A stretch of 63,988 nt of DNA, counting the filler, from Octopus bimaculoides (lineage: Eukaryota), in the NCBI RefSeq assembly GCF_001194135.2. It is 5 parts of 5 records of this genome, joined end to end, with 100 filler letters (N's around TTAATTAATTAA, not from the genome) between each part and the next. Parts side by side here need not be neighbours in the genome. Positions count along the whole stretch, not along the records: positions 40,440 to 55,867 come from NC_069004.1; positions 55,968 to 62,364 come from NC_068999.1; positions 62,465 to 63,988 come from NC_068986.1; 2 more parts are not named here. The stretch is one strand, 5' to 3'. The notes below the pieces were generated by a model. That model ran no database searches. It saw only the letters and a list, made by a program, of their open reading frames with translations, and had not been told where the DNA came from. The stretch's first letter is position 1, and each line of letters begins with the position of its first letter. Positions 52,407 through 63,988 of this stretch are shown here, piece after piece. The position numbers and the translations under genes were made by a program.

Positions 52407-53212
52407 TACTTATTACTGACTAGGTGAAAGAGAAAGTGAGTATGAGAGAGAAGGGGATACATTTTAATAAATGATCGCAGAGACACACAAGAACACGGAC
52501 GTACAAAACAATGAAAGAATGAAAAATACAGTGACTTCTGAGTGAGACAGAGAGAGACAAAGAGGGAGAGAGATGGAGAGAAAGAAAGAGAGTGGGGACG
52601 AGTGAGAGGGACAGAAGAGAGAGATCGAGAGAGAAAGAGAGAAATCACAGGCTACGCAGGCTTGATAAAGGTCAACAGCGAAAAATGACCTTGCTATCAG
52701 CTGACCCTATTTTCTGGCTTTATTTGATGTTTATGCTAACTTGGGACATTCTAGATAATGTTGCGCCGTACCACATCGACTCTTCTATCCTCTAATATCT
52801 AGCTATGAACCACACATTTTTCATGATAACCTCTGTGATATTTAACGTATGCGGATGTATTATATATATATATATATTTACATACATATGTGTGTGTTTG
52901 TGTGCGTGTGTATACGTACATGTAAGGATATAAACACATATTTATTTATATATAATTATACACACATATTTACATGTATATATATATATATATGCATATA
53001 TAGATATATATATATATGTATGCATATATATGTATATATATACTTACATACGCATATCAAAATATTTTTAGATGATTAGGCATAGATGCGAGTCTAAAAA
53101 GTTCAGTTCCTAATCGAATAGTTTCTTGTTCAGTCCGAAATGCTTGTTTTCTATGAGACTCCCAGACCAATAGAAACAGTTTGGAAGCACATTGTACGTA
53201 CGTACATGCATA

Positions 53213-53562
53213 TATGCATACCTGGTTGTGAAAAGGGGAAAAACTGTACACCAGATTAGCAACATCTCCATCAATAACTTGACTGTTTTCCCTACATATG
53301 ACGAGGAATGTTACAGGTATTTAAGGGTGGATGAAAACATGCCATACAATGGCAACTGTAACAAAACACGTGTCACTAAAGAATAAAGAAAATCTGGACC
53401 TCAGAACTCTCTGCATTCAATAAAACAATGGCCCACAATGTGTTTGCAGTGCGAGTAGTCATAGCAATATTTGAGTTGATTGATTGGAGACATGATGAGA
53501 TCCGAGGCACTGATATGGAAACCTGATAAATACTAACAAGCACACATAACTATTTCCACTCT
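53213..53562 (+). mobile_element. Non-LTR retrotransposon RT fragment, tentatively R4/Dong-like (RLE type); frameshift near 53385
   Basis: AYLVVKRGK...INNLTVFPTYDEECYRYLRVDENMPYNGNCNKTRVTKE / KIWTSELSAFNKTMAHNVFAVRVVIAIFELIDW...ET**ILT..NYFH. The Y-x-Y-L-(G)-x-D-E motif and the KIWxSELSxxNK block are recognised from memory. Confidence 0.7.
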
Positions 53563-53605
53563 GCAGTGGTGCCTCGGTTTGCTGTTTGTGTAATTTTCAG
53601 TACCA

Positions 53606-53646
<41 letters not shown>

Positions 53647-54559
53647 NNNNNNNNNNNNNNNNNNNNNNNNNNNNNNNNNNNNNNNNNNNNNNNNNNNNNN
53701 NNNNNNNNNNNNNNNNNNNNNNNNNNNNNNNNNNNNNNNNNNNNNNNNNNNNNNNNNNNNNNNNNNNNNNNNNNNNNNNNNNNNNNNNNNNNNNNNNNNN
53801 NNNNNNNNNNNNNNNNNNNNNNNNNNNNNNNNNNNNNNNNNNNNNNNNNNNNNNNNNNNNNNNNNNNNNNNNNNNNNNNNNNNNNNNNNNNNNNNNNNNN
53901 NNNNNNNNNNNNNNNNNNNNNNNNNNNNNNNNNNNNNNNNNNNNNNNNNNNNNNNNNNNNNNNNNNNNNNNNNNNNNNNNNNNNNNNNNNNNNNNNNNNN
54001 NNNNNNNNNNNNNNNNNNNNNNNNNNNNNNNNNNNNNNNNNNNNNNNNNNNNNNNNNNNNNNNNNNNNNNNNNNNNNNNNNNNNNNNNNNNNNNNNNNNN
54101 NNNNNNNNNNNNNNNNNNNNNNNNNNNNNNNNNNNNNNNNNNNNNNNNNNNNNNNNNNNNNNNNNNNNNNNNNNNNNNNNNNNNNNNNNNNNNNNNNNNN
54201 NNNNNNNNNNNNNNNNNNNNNNNNNNNNNNNNNNNNNNNNNNNNNNNNNNNNNNNNNNNNNNNNNNNNNNNNNNNNNNNNNNNNNNNNNNNNNNNNNNNN
54301 NNNNNNNNNNNNNNNNNNNNNNNNNNNNNNNNNNNNNNNNNNNNNNNNNNNNNNNNNNNNNNNNNNNNNNNNNNNNNNNNNNNNNNNNNNNNNNNNNNNN
54401 NNNNNNNNNNNNNNNNNNNNNNNNNNNNNNNNNNNNNNNNNNNNNNNNNNNNNNNNNNNNNNNNNNNNNNNNNNNNNNNNNNNNNNNNNNNNNNNNNNNN
54501 NNNNNNNNNNNNNNNNNNNNNNNNNNNNNNNNNNNNNNNNNNNNNNNNNNNNNNNNNNN

Positions 54560-54600
<41 letters not shown>

Positions 54601-55282
54601 TGTATGCATGAGTGTGTGCCTGTGTCTACTTCTGCACATATTTTGGAGAATGTTTTCCACATTCTATTCATATGCATCCCTTAACTGAGTTCCTGACACA
54701 GAAGCATAATGGTTATTTTTTTCAAATATTTGTTACATGTTCTTTAATTATTGTTATAGAAATTTAGGCATTTGGTTTTCGTTTGTAGAACGATGGAAAG
54801 CACCTTCGTTAGAAATTCACGTCCCTTGAGCCAATTGTCTCTTGAAACTTTTCAGCAATTACGAATCATTCATATATACAGCTTCATGCTTCATGCCCGT
54901 TTATCAATCTAGACAAACACTCGTCCAACACATGACAACCACCCACTTACACACACATATATATATGCATGAATGTATGTATTTATCTATCTATCTATAT
55001 TCATGTATATATATTTATATATATATATGTCGCACTTACACGTGCGCATGTATATGTTTATACATATGTATATACGTGTGTGCACGTGTGCATGTGTGTT
55101 TGGGCGCGCGCGCGTGTGTGTCTGTACGCGCGCGCGCGGATGGTGTATGTGAGTGTGGTGTGTAATAGTGTTTAATTTGATTGATGAGGCAAGTGTTGAA
55201 CAATAGCGTCGTTAGTTACACGTTTCCATATGTGTATGGCATGTAACTGTGTGTAATATTTATCTAACATATCCATGACAAT

Positions 55283-55380
55283 AATAAATAACAATAATAA
55301 TAATAATAATAATAATGATAATAATAATAATAATAATAATAATAATAGTAATAATAGTAATAATAATAATGATTATAATA
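55283..55380. repeat. (AAT)n microsatellite, imperfect
   Basis: Direct reading. Confidence 0.95.
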
Positions 55381-55967
55381 GCAGTAGTAACAACAGTTAC
55401 AAAGTTCAGCTCTGAATAAGTGAGTTATTTACTAGTGTGACGTCAATAACTCCTACAGCAACGGAAATATTCATTTAGCGTAAAGCACAATGGAGTTCGC
55501 TTGACCAATAAGCATTGTCTTCTCTTTTGTAAGGATGTAATTCTTACACGGTCATTCGTTCATTCACTTGACTCGTACATCCGCTAAGCATTCGACACAT
55601 CTATAACGTCCTTTCAACCATCCCATTCTTTTAGCCATCCATACATCCATCCATCCATATATTTGTATACACATCTCCATTCCCTCCATATATCCAGCTA
55701 AATATTCTTGCATTCTTTCATTCTTCTATTCACGAATTCCCACGCTGCCCCCCATTCATTTATTTTTCACCACGCGCATCCACACACACAAGAACACACA
55801 TGGGCACACACTAATCTATTTGAATATAAATTTACACATACGTATCTGTTTTTATATATATATATATNNNNNNNNNNNNNNNNNNNNNNNNNNNNNNNNN
55901 NNNNNNNNNNNTTAATTAATTAANNNNNNNNNNNNNNNNNNNNNNNNNNNNNNNNNNNNNNNNNNNN

Positions 55968-56011
<44 letters not shown>

Positions 56012-56033
56012 TGTGCATATATATATATGTATG

Positions 56034-56065
<32 letters not shown>

Positions 56066-56948
56066 AAGGAAAACAGAAGACACACATACAGAAATATACA
56101 AACAAAATGGACATTAAAAGTGCTATAATAGCATTGAGTAATTTTTAATATGTATAAAGTAAAACAGTTCTGTACGTCCTTTCTTTACTCGGTTCGAACA
56201 AAATAGACTTGTAATGGTTGCCACAAGGCCTCCGTCAAGATAGGCCTCTCAGACACTGACGGTGTTCTCTCAATGATGACAATTTTTATATTTAGATGCC
56301 ACTAGAATTACAAAGTGAAATACTTGAAGAATATTTTTTAAAAATTGTCTTCCAACTTTGAGACAAGTTATTTATATTAATAACTTACTGACAAACCTAT
56401 ACATATGTATATACATGCTTATATACACATGTACATATATATATATATATATATATATCTTTGTGTGTGTGTGAGTGACATGTGTGCGTGCGTGCATGCA
56501 CGCGTGTGTGTGTGTGTATTAATGACTGGATTACAATTTTATAAATCTGTTTTAGCCCTTATTGCCTTCTCAAGACTTGTCTTGCTTTGAAACGACCGTA
56601 AGGGTGGAACGTGTTTTATAAAACTGCAATCTTGTTATTAATAAAGAAATATCTAGAACCCACTGAAATATTAAGCACTTTCTTTACCATATTAATAATG
56701 GCTTGTTCCTACGAACAAGCACCTAAGATATTTACACACACACACACATTCTGTATGTGTGTGTTCGTGTGTATATATATATGTGTATATATATATATAT
56801 GTATAAATACTTATTGGGATAACTGGGCATCTAAAGTAGACTGTACTACAAGCATTGTGTCCGTTCGTCAGTAAATGCTTGTATTTTCATGACTAACCTA
56901 ATATCTTGACAACCTCAGCATTAACATTTATATATGTGTATTTGTGTG

Positions 56949-57017
<69 letters not shown>

Positions 57018-58204
57018 GTGTGTGTAAACACACACATAGATACTCTCGTCTTTATGCATGTGTATAAATACATGTATGTGTATATATATATACACATATG
57101 TAATTTGTGGATACATGTTATTCATTAAACTGCCAGTTATTATGATTTGGTTTCCTTCATAGGTTGCCCTCTTGAATAAAACATTCTTTTTGTTATAACA
57201 GTTTTGAAATATTGGGACTTCAATGAAAATTTCTATACATGGGTGTGTGTGTATGTGTGTGAATAGCAAAATATTTTCAATTGCCAATTACAGCTGAAAT
57301 AAGCTTAGAAGAGGCTGAAACAAGGTATCTGTTGTTTGTTTGTTTGTGTTGATAAGATTCTATTTAATGTTGTTTTTTTTTTTTTTTTTTTTTTTGGTAA
57401 TTCACTTCTAAGCACCTTCATCACCCACAACTAAAAAATAACCATTCATTCACTCACTCACTCACTCATTAATTAATTGATTAATTGATTAATCAATTCA
57501 GTTACCAAGTTCTGTATAATTAACTTATGATACTTTCACAGAGTTTTCGAAGCCTTACTATGATGTTAAATTTGATTGGCTGCTGGTCTTGCTTGGATAG
57601 ATTGCTTTGTGTTTTGTTTAAAACTACAAGCTGTTTTGGACTGTGATATACATTTGTGTTTTCAAGTGACATCTAGTGAGGGATACACTAAACTCAGTAA
57701 TTAGCCCTGTTACTTAACAAATTTCTTTCTCTTAAGGCAACCAGTAAACTTCAAAATAGATTACATTCAATCCTTTGGTTTCCACAGACGTTTTTTCTAT
57801 ATTTTATTTTGACTGTTTTGCAATGTAAGAATCGACGGATCTCTTGCAATAGTAATGTTCTCTTGAGGTTCTTAATAACAGCTGTTTCTTGTAGTTTTAG
57901 GAACTTTTGCTCCTAACACAGAAAGCTGAAACATAGAAGGCAGACATTCTCCAAATACACAAATTACGCAAATTACGGTATTTGTATAGAAAGAGATGAA
58001 GGTTGTTTCTGTGCGTTCGTAATCATATACGTAAGCGGTGGTTATGTTTGGCCGTTACATCACTTGGAATCGCAGCAGGAAGAAAATACGTCTAATCACT
58101 TTGGTTGCGCCGTCCAGAAGCTATAGATTTAATTCTCCCACAATGCAACACCATGACGTGCGCCACCCAGTGGCCAATGGATGAGACAATTGGTTTCCAG
58201 GGAG

Positions 58205-58620
58205 GTAACTGCCTGCATAGTGTTTGGTCATCGGTCTTTACTTTCTGAGTTCAAATTCTGCCGAGGTCGACTTTGCCTTTCATATTTTCGGGGTTGATAA
58301 ATTAAGTACCAGTTGCGTACTGGGGGCGGTCGATGTGATCGATTTATCTCCTCCTTTGAAATTGCTGACCTCATACCCAAAAATCTGAAACCAATGTTAA
58401 GGCGGCGTGCTGGCGGAATCCTTATTATTTCACCAGACAAAAACGCTCAGCTGTATTTCTTCCGACTTTATGTTCCGGGTTCAAATGTCGCTGGGGGTTG
58501 ACTTAACCTTTCATCCTTCTGGGATGTAAAATAAAACAAGTACCAGTTTGAGCACAGGAGTNNNNNNNNNNCCAAAAAAAAAATTACTGGCGTTGTGCCA
58601 GAATTTGAAACCAATATTAA
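58205..58620 (+). mobile_element. Two tandem SINE family A copies
   Basis: Both contain the gttcaaat B-box, ttcat...gataaa...taccag and aaat(c/t)tgaaaccaat ends. Confidence 0.8.
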
Positions 58621-59782
58621 GAAACGTTTCTTGAACACATGGACTCCTGGAAGGTTTTGTTTTTTTTTGTTTGTTTTTTTTAAGGGTTTTGCATGGTCTG
58701 TTGGTTATGCTCTTTCTGAATAAAACACACAACTAGGTTTCAGTTCTTAGATGGGATATCCACACTTAATGTGCCATTGCTTCAAAAGAACAGCAGTTAT
58801 GAGGGGAAAAAAAATAGAAAAGAGTTGATATTTTTCCTTAATTAATGAACATTTGAGCAGTGGTGCACTGATTGGGCAGACCCATCTTTTGGTTTATAAG
58901 TCACCCCTGGATATACTGTTGCAGGTTTTACAGTGTCCTTGAGCAAGATAATTAACCCAACTCTCCCTGCAGAAAGGCTTCGTTCTTAAAATTAAAAAAA
59001 AAACAATTTTTTATTATTATTATTTGTAATAATTATTTTCTCAACCTCTACATTGTATTTGTTTCATGGGACAGGTCAGTTATTCTGCGATGGAATTTCT
59101 CCCTCTCTCGTCAAATATATTTGTTAGCTTTTCAGTAATTAGCAAATTAGATTGGATTTTTAATCTTGAAACACTTCAGGAATTCCTGTTAAAAATTAAA
59201 TAATTATATTGATAAAATAAAGCTTATCCCATTTGGCATACCTTAAGACTTCAGCCAAAGTGTTTTGGCTTATCTTTAAACAAAGACCACCTTCCATTTG
59301 CTACATAAATAACAATAATAATAATAATTGTGAAAGTATTGGCATTTCTATTTATTTTCTAAAATCTTTTTATTCTGTGATTTTTGTTGATGAGCAAGGT
59401 AAACTTGGGCATTTATCGTTAATAGTTTTCAAGGTAAACAAACCAATTCTGTTACTGAGATTCATTGTTTTATGCTTATTTATGATTTTTTTTTTTATAT
59501 ATATATTTTCAAAATGAAGGAAAATATAAAAATTTTAATTTTTGGAATTGGGGCTAAATCCTGGTTTTGGTTCAAGAAACACAAAAAGTTATTCACCTTT
59601 ATTTCCTTCACCATGTGCAGTTAACATGAACTGCATCAGCGGAGTACCTTTGATGAAATATGTTGATGATGATGATGGAAGAAGATGGAGTACCGTTTTA
59701 AACTTGACTGGCTCTCACTGCTTAATGGCTAACAACAAAGAATTCGGCAGAATATCGTCACTTGAATCAAAAATAATAATGA

Positions 59783-60303
59783 TACCAGGCAGTGGCTCTC
59801 ATGGCTTCTGATCTTAATTGATTGGAAGTGTTATCATGTACGTTGTTTTGTCTTGGTATAAAAGATGGGCTACAGCAAATATTCTGCTTAATACCACAGA
59901 TTTGCTTGTCAGTTGTTTGACCGTAGCCAGTTGAGCATGTCCCTTGGTGGCTCATGATATGTGCATCTCTGATCATGAACAGAAGTAGTGGGGGAGCATC
60001 ATAGCCATGTGTTGAGAGGAATTCTTTGGGGTTTGGATAATTCACTTTTGGAAACATGGGTGTTTTGTTCATCATCCTTATACAACCCTTATTCAGGGAC
60101 ATTTTGAGCAGGAAGAAAATTCCAACCAGGTCCCATCTTTAAGGTTCTGGCACTGTTTATACCATGATATGAAATCACCATGTTGCACACATGTGGCTTT
60201 GATACATGCACCTGATCAGTCTGGTCATCATGATGGCTGTATTGGAATTGATATATTTGTACCCCAGTGTTACTTTGATAGCATGCATTGTACTCTCACT
60301 CAG
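59783..60303 (+). mobile_element. Dispersed repeat of about 520 bp (probable LINE 3'UTR or long SINE) with an (AAT/CAT) tail
   Basis: More GC-rich block ending in aataatcatcat. I recall it as a common octopus repeat, but there is only one copy in this window. Confidence 0.45.
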
Positions 60304-60309
60304 TAATAA

Positions 60310-61047
60310 TCATCATCATCATCATCATCATCATCGTTTAACGTCCGCTTTCCATGCTAGCATGGGTTGGGCGATTTGACTGAGGACTGGTGAAACCGGA
60401 TGGCAACACCAGGCTCCAGTCTAATTTGGCAGTTTCTACAGCTGGATGCCCTTCCTAATGCCAACCACTCAGAGAGTGTAGTGGGTGCTTTTACGTGTCA
60501 CCCGCACGAAAACGGCCACGCTCGAAATGGTGTCTTTTATGTGCCNNNNNNNNNNNNNNNNNNNNNNNNNNNNNNNNNNNNNNNNNNNNNNNNNNNNNNN
60601 NNNNNNNNNNNNNNNNNNNNNNNNNNNNNNNNNNNNNNNNNNNNNNNNNNNNNNNNNNNNNNNNNNNNNNNNNNNNNNNNNNNNNNNNNNNNNNNNNNNN
60701 NNNNNNNNNNNNNNNNNNNNNNNNNNNNNNNNNNNNNNNNNNNNNNNNNNNNNNNNNNNNNNNNNNNNNNNNNNNNNNNNNNNNNNNNCTCTCTTGCACA
60801 CCACAACTGATGCTTCTAATGTTCAGCTTTTCTCTCAAGATACTTACACTCTGACGGGTATTCACATTGACATTACACATCCAACGGAGCATACTGGCTT
60901 CATTCCTTGCGAGCTTACGTATGTCCTCAGCAGTTACAGCCCATGTTTCACTGCCATGTAGCATGGCTGTTCGTACGCATGCGTCATACAGTCTGCCTTT
61001 TACTCTGAGTGAGAGTCCCTTTGTCGCCAGCAGGGGTAAGAGCTCTA
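60310..61047 (-). mobile_element. RTE-clade LINE, 5'-truncated: RT C-terminal region, gap, 3'UTR and (ATG)n tail
   Basis: ELLPLLATKGLSLRVKGRLYDACVRTAMLHGSETWAVTAEDIRKLARNEASMLRWMC is a typical RTE post-RT block, open to the gap. Confidence 0.92.
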
Positions 61048-61267
61048 ATAACAACGGTGATGTTTCTTAATGTAGGTATTATGCTTGAAATTTGGGTGGA
61101 GAGTGAATAGTCGATTATATTGCTCCCAGTAATTACTGGTACTTTTATTGATGCCAAAGGGATGAAAAGTGAAGTCGACCATGATAGGGTTTTGAAATCA
61201 TAATAACAATATAAAAATTAGTAATAATAATTATTATGGCTTTTATTATTGGGAGAATCATTAGATG

Positions 61268-61455
61268 TTGGACGAAATGGTTTGTGGTGTTTCTTCTGGG
61301 TTTTAATGTTTTGAGTTCAAATCCTGCAGAAGTCAGCCTTGCTGTTTGTCAATTCAGAGTTGATAAAATTAAAATACCAGTTGTGCACTTGGGCTGATGT
61401 AATTGGCTTAGCTCTTACCCTAAAAATACTGCTAGCCTTGTCCCAAAATTTGAAA
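61268..61455 (+). mobile_element. SINE family A, old
   Basis: ttttgagttcaaatcctgcagaagtcagcc...cccaaaatttgaaatt. Confidence 0.7.
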
Positions 61456-62307
61456 TTATTATCATTATTATTATTATTATTATTATTATTGTTGTTGTTG
61501 TTATTTTTATTTTATGGTTTTCTTTAGGAAAACTCCATTTATATTTATTTCTTCTGTTCAGTTCCCTTTCAAAGGAATTTTCCATGAAACCTAAATTTCC
61601 TGAAATAGGAAAGAAGAATTACACAATTCGTTAACGAAGGAGACCAACTTTGACATTCATTATTATGGCGGTTATTGCAACAATGAATGAGATTATATTA
61701 ACTTCAGTGTTATATTCTACAAATAATATATTGAAAATTATTATGACTACAGTTTTCTTTCAAGATTTAGAGCAGGGAAAAACAAAAAAATTCTTTAAAG
61801 TTTTGGTACAGAATTCATATAACTTGACTTATTCTACACTCCTTTATTCTGTGAAGAAATAATGAATTTATCAAGTGTATATTACTAAAAATATATATAT
61901 ATATATTATATATCCTGCTGGCAATTTCTTGCGAGTTATCATGGATTATCTTCTCAAAGTTAATAGAGAATTATATCGTATTGTTATTTCATCTTTTAAT
62001 TCAGAAAAGAAAAAAGCAAAATGAATATACAGTCAATGACAATATGAGTAGCTTATCTAATTTTTATGTACTTAAATATTTCCTGTATTCTTATGTTTAG
62101 CTGTATGTTTTAAACATCGCATTGGTTAAATTCATCAGACATAATCTCAACTTTTATACATATGTATATATATATGTGTATGTATATATATATATATATG
62201 TAGGTACAAATGTTGTAGTTTTATTGATGCAGTGTGTGTTTTTATGTTTGTCTCTAATGAAAAGTGGTCTGTGGAAATATACCACAAGGTCTGTACACTC
62301 TATGTGT

Positions 62308-62364
<57 letters not shown>

Positions 62365-62464
62365 NNNNNNNNNNNNNNNNNNNNNNNNNNNNNNNNNNNN
62401 NNNNNNNNTTAATTAATTAANNNNNNNNNNNNNNNNNNNNNNNNNNNNNNNNNNNNNNNNNNNN

Positions 62465-62690
62465 CTGTCCACACCTTTTTGCTGAACTGCTAAGTTACGG
62501 GGACTTAAACAAACCAACACCACTTGTCAAGCGGTGGTAGGGAACAATCACACACACACACACCCGACAGGCTTCTCTCAGCTTCCGTTTATCAAATTTA
62601 TTCCCAAGACTGCAGAAGGCGCCACTTTGTGGGACTGTATCCGGAATTAAGTGGTTGGGAAGCAAACTTCTTACGACACAATCATGCCTG
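62465..62690 (-). mobile_element. SINE family B, deleted
   Basis: gctaagttacggggac tail plus ggactgtatccggaattaagtggttgggaagcaaac head. Confidence 0.75.
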
Positions 62691-62695
62691 CGCTA

Positions 62696-62738
<43 letters not shown>

Positions 62739-62911
62739 TTATACATACATACATACATAACTGATGAGGGAAACGGAAAATGAATTTAGTACGACTCTTT
62801 CTTCAGCACGACGATCGTTTCAACCCATCCTGCAGCTATCCCTTGGGGGTAAGATATTGTGCATAACTCTTTGCGTCTTGATAGACGTTCGAAGCAGCGG
62901 AGAAGTCTTAA

Positions 62912-63446
62912 TTAAGTACTCGTAGCCTTCTTCCTGCAGCTTCTCTCATGGCTGATCTTTTCTATGTTTGATTATCAAATTCTGCTGCAAAATCTGCAAG
63001 TAAGAGAGAGGCTGTGGTGTGTTGTCTTTCTTTCTTTGGCATTTTGCTTCGTGGCCAGGATGATTTCTTTCTCGAACTGTTTGACTCCTTTGTTCATTGA
63101 GTTTTTTCATGCTGCTCTGTCTTCAGGTAACTTTTCCCAAGTCTTTGCAGCGATGTGGCACTCGGTCAGACTACTTTTACAAGTGTCTTTGAATCTCAGC
63201 TTTGGTCGTCCACTGGATCTGCTGTCCTGAGCCCTACTCGCCATATAACAACTGTTTGAGAATTCTGTCGTCAGCCATCTGCCTCACACGTCCAAACCAT
63301 CTTAGTCTCTTTCTGTACAGAATAGTTGTCATACTTAGAAGTACAGCCTGTTTCAAGAGTTCTGTCTTGATTACCTTGTTTTGCCAGGTGATGCGTAGGA
63401 TCTTGCACAGGTATCTCAGATAAAAGACATTGAGCCTATTCTGTCG
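62912..63446 (-). mobile_element. RTE/BovB-like LINE C-terminal relic (stops and a frameshift)
   Basis: LNVFYLRYLCKILRITWQNKV...RLRWFGRVRQMADDRILKQLLYGE*...SGRPKLRFKDTCK...WEKLPEDRAA*...FEKE...CRFC. Confidence 0.92.
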
Positions 63447-63550
63447 TATATGTATGTATGTACGTACTTACGTATGTTTGCACGTATGCACGTATATATG
63501 TGCATATATATAGATGTATGTGCATATACATACATACATACATATATATA

Positions 63551-63886
63551 TCAATGAAAAATATTTCAATACAAATGTATTAATACAAATGTATCAATTT
63601 CCAGCAAAAGATAGCCCTATAAGGGTATATATATAAATTCATTAGAGTAGTAGGATCTATTTTAAAACGGGGGCACCAGTTTTCATTTATGTTTCAAATA
63701 TTTCAATACAAATGTATTAATACAAATGTATCAATTTCCAGCCAAAAATAGCCCTATAAGGGTATATATATAAATTCATAAGAGTAGTACAACAAGGTAC
63801 CAATATTTACTGGACAATAGCAATCGATATAAATACGATGCTATTGTATAGCTTCACTGCGTATATACTGAAATATTTTTCATTGA
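63551..63886. mobile_element. 336-bp TA-flanked MITE-like element, 18-bp perfect TIR, internal tandem duplication
   Basis: TA|TCAATGAAAAATATTTCA...TGAAATATTTTTCATTGA|TA; a block of about 90 bp is repeated at a 137-bp period. Confidence 0.65.
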
Positions 63887-63988
63887 TAACTTCTTCACTG
63901 TTCTCAGTTCCATTAACGGCTTGGCGTTCGGGCGAGTATACTTGGCATTGATGTAGCAACATTTGAAATGTTGTCTAGGTGAATGCAG

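Noticed and set aside
59719-59760. 42-nt minus-strand exon candidate (DDILPNSLLLAIK)
   Set aside because: Good splice signals but too short to distinguish from chance.
885-62420. Long ORFs in the supplied track (YIYI, CVCV, THTH, poly-L/N/R/F, X-rich)
   Set aside because: They are translations of microsatellites and N-gaps, with no coding evidence.
62761-62780. CTGATGAGGGAAAC as a plus-strand hammerhead
   Set aside because: No stem II, no UH cleavage site and no stem I.
1-63988. CRISPR array, rRNA or intact tRNA genes
   Set aside because: No repeat-spacer periodicity. All A/B-box sequences continue into SINE bodies and lack a full cloverleaf.

Overview
This is AT-rich, repeat-dense eukaryotic DNA from a gapped draft assembly. 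The SINE families, RTE LINEs, dense (AT)n/(GT)n/(AAT)n tracts and TTAATTAATTAA spacers inside N-runs point to an octopus genome, probably Octopus bimaculoides (inference, not verified). I recognise no host protein-coding gene. Almost all entries in the ORF track are microsatellite or N-gap artefacts. What is supportable: (1) more than 20 copies or fragments of three tRNA-derived SINE families; (2) five recognisable LINE relic groups: an RTE endonuclease N-terminus, an RTE C2H2 3' end, two RTE RT C-termini, a CR1/L2-type C-terminus and an R4/Dong-like RT piece; (3) several TA-flanked Tc1/mariner-type MITEs, including a young one with 66-bp TIRs; (4) a Lep1-like Helitron 5' end; (5) local tandem duplications. 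The most interesting signals are four or five hammerhead-ribozyme-like motifs of the Penelope/minimal type. Two of them carry the same CCGA-for-CUGA core change, and one sits in an 18-bp palindrome. There are also weak candidate exons of an unidentified minus-strand gene. I cannot support a claim of a wholly new biological system. All structural calls were made by eye and need computational confirmation. Repeat boundaries are approximate (about 10-20 nt).
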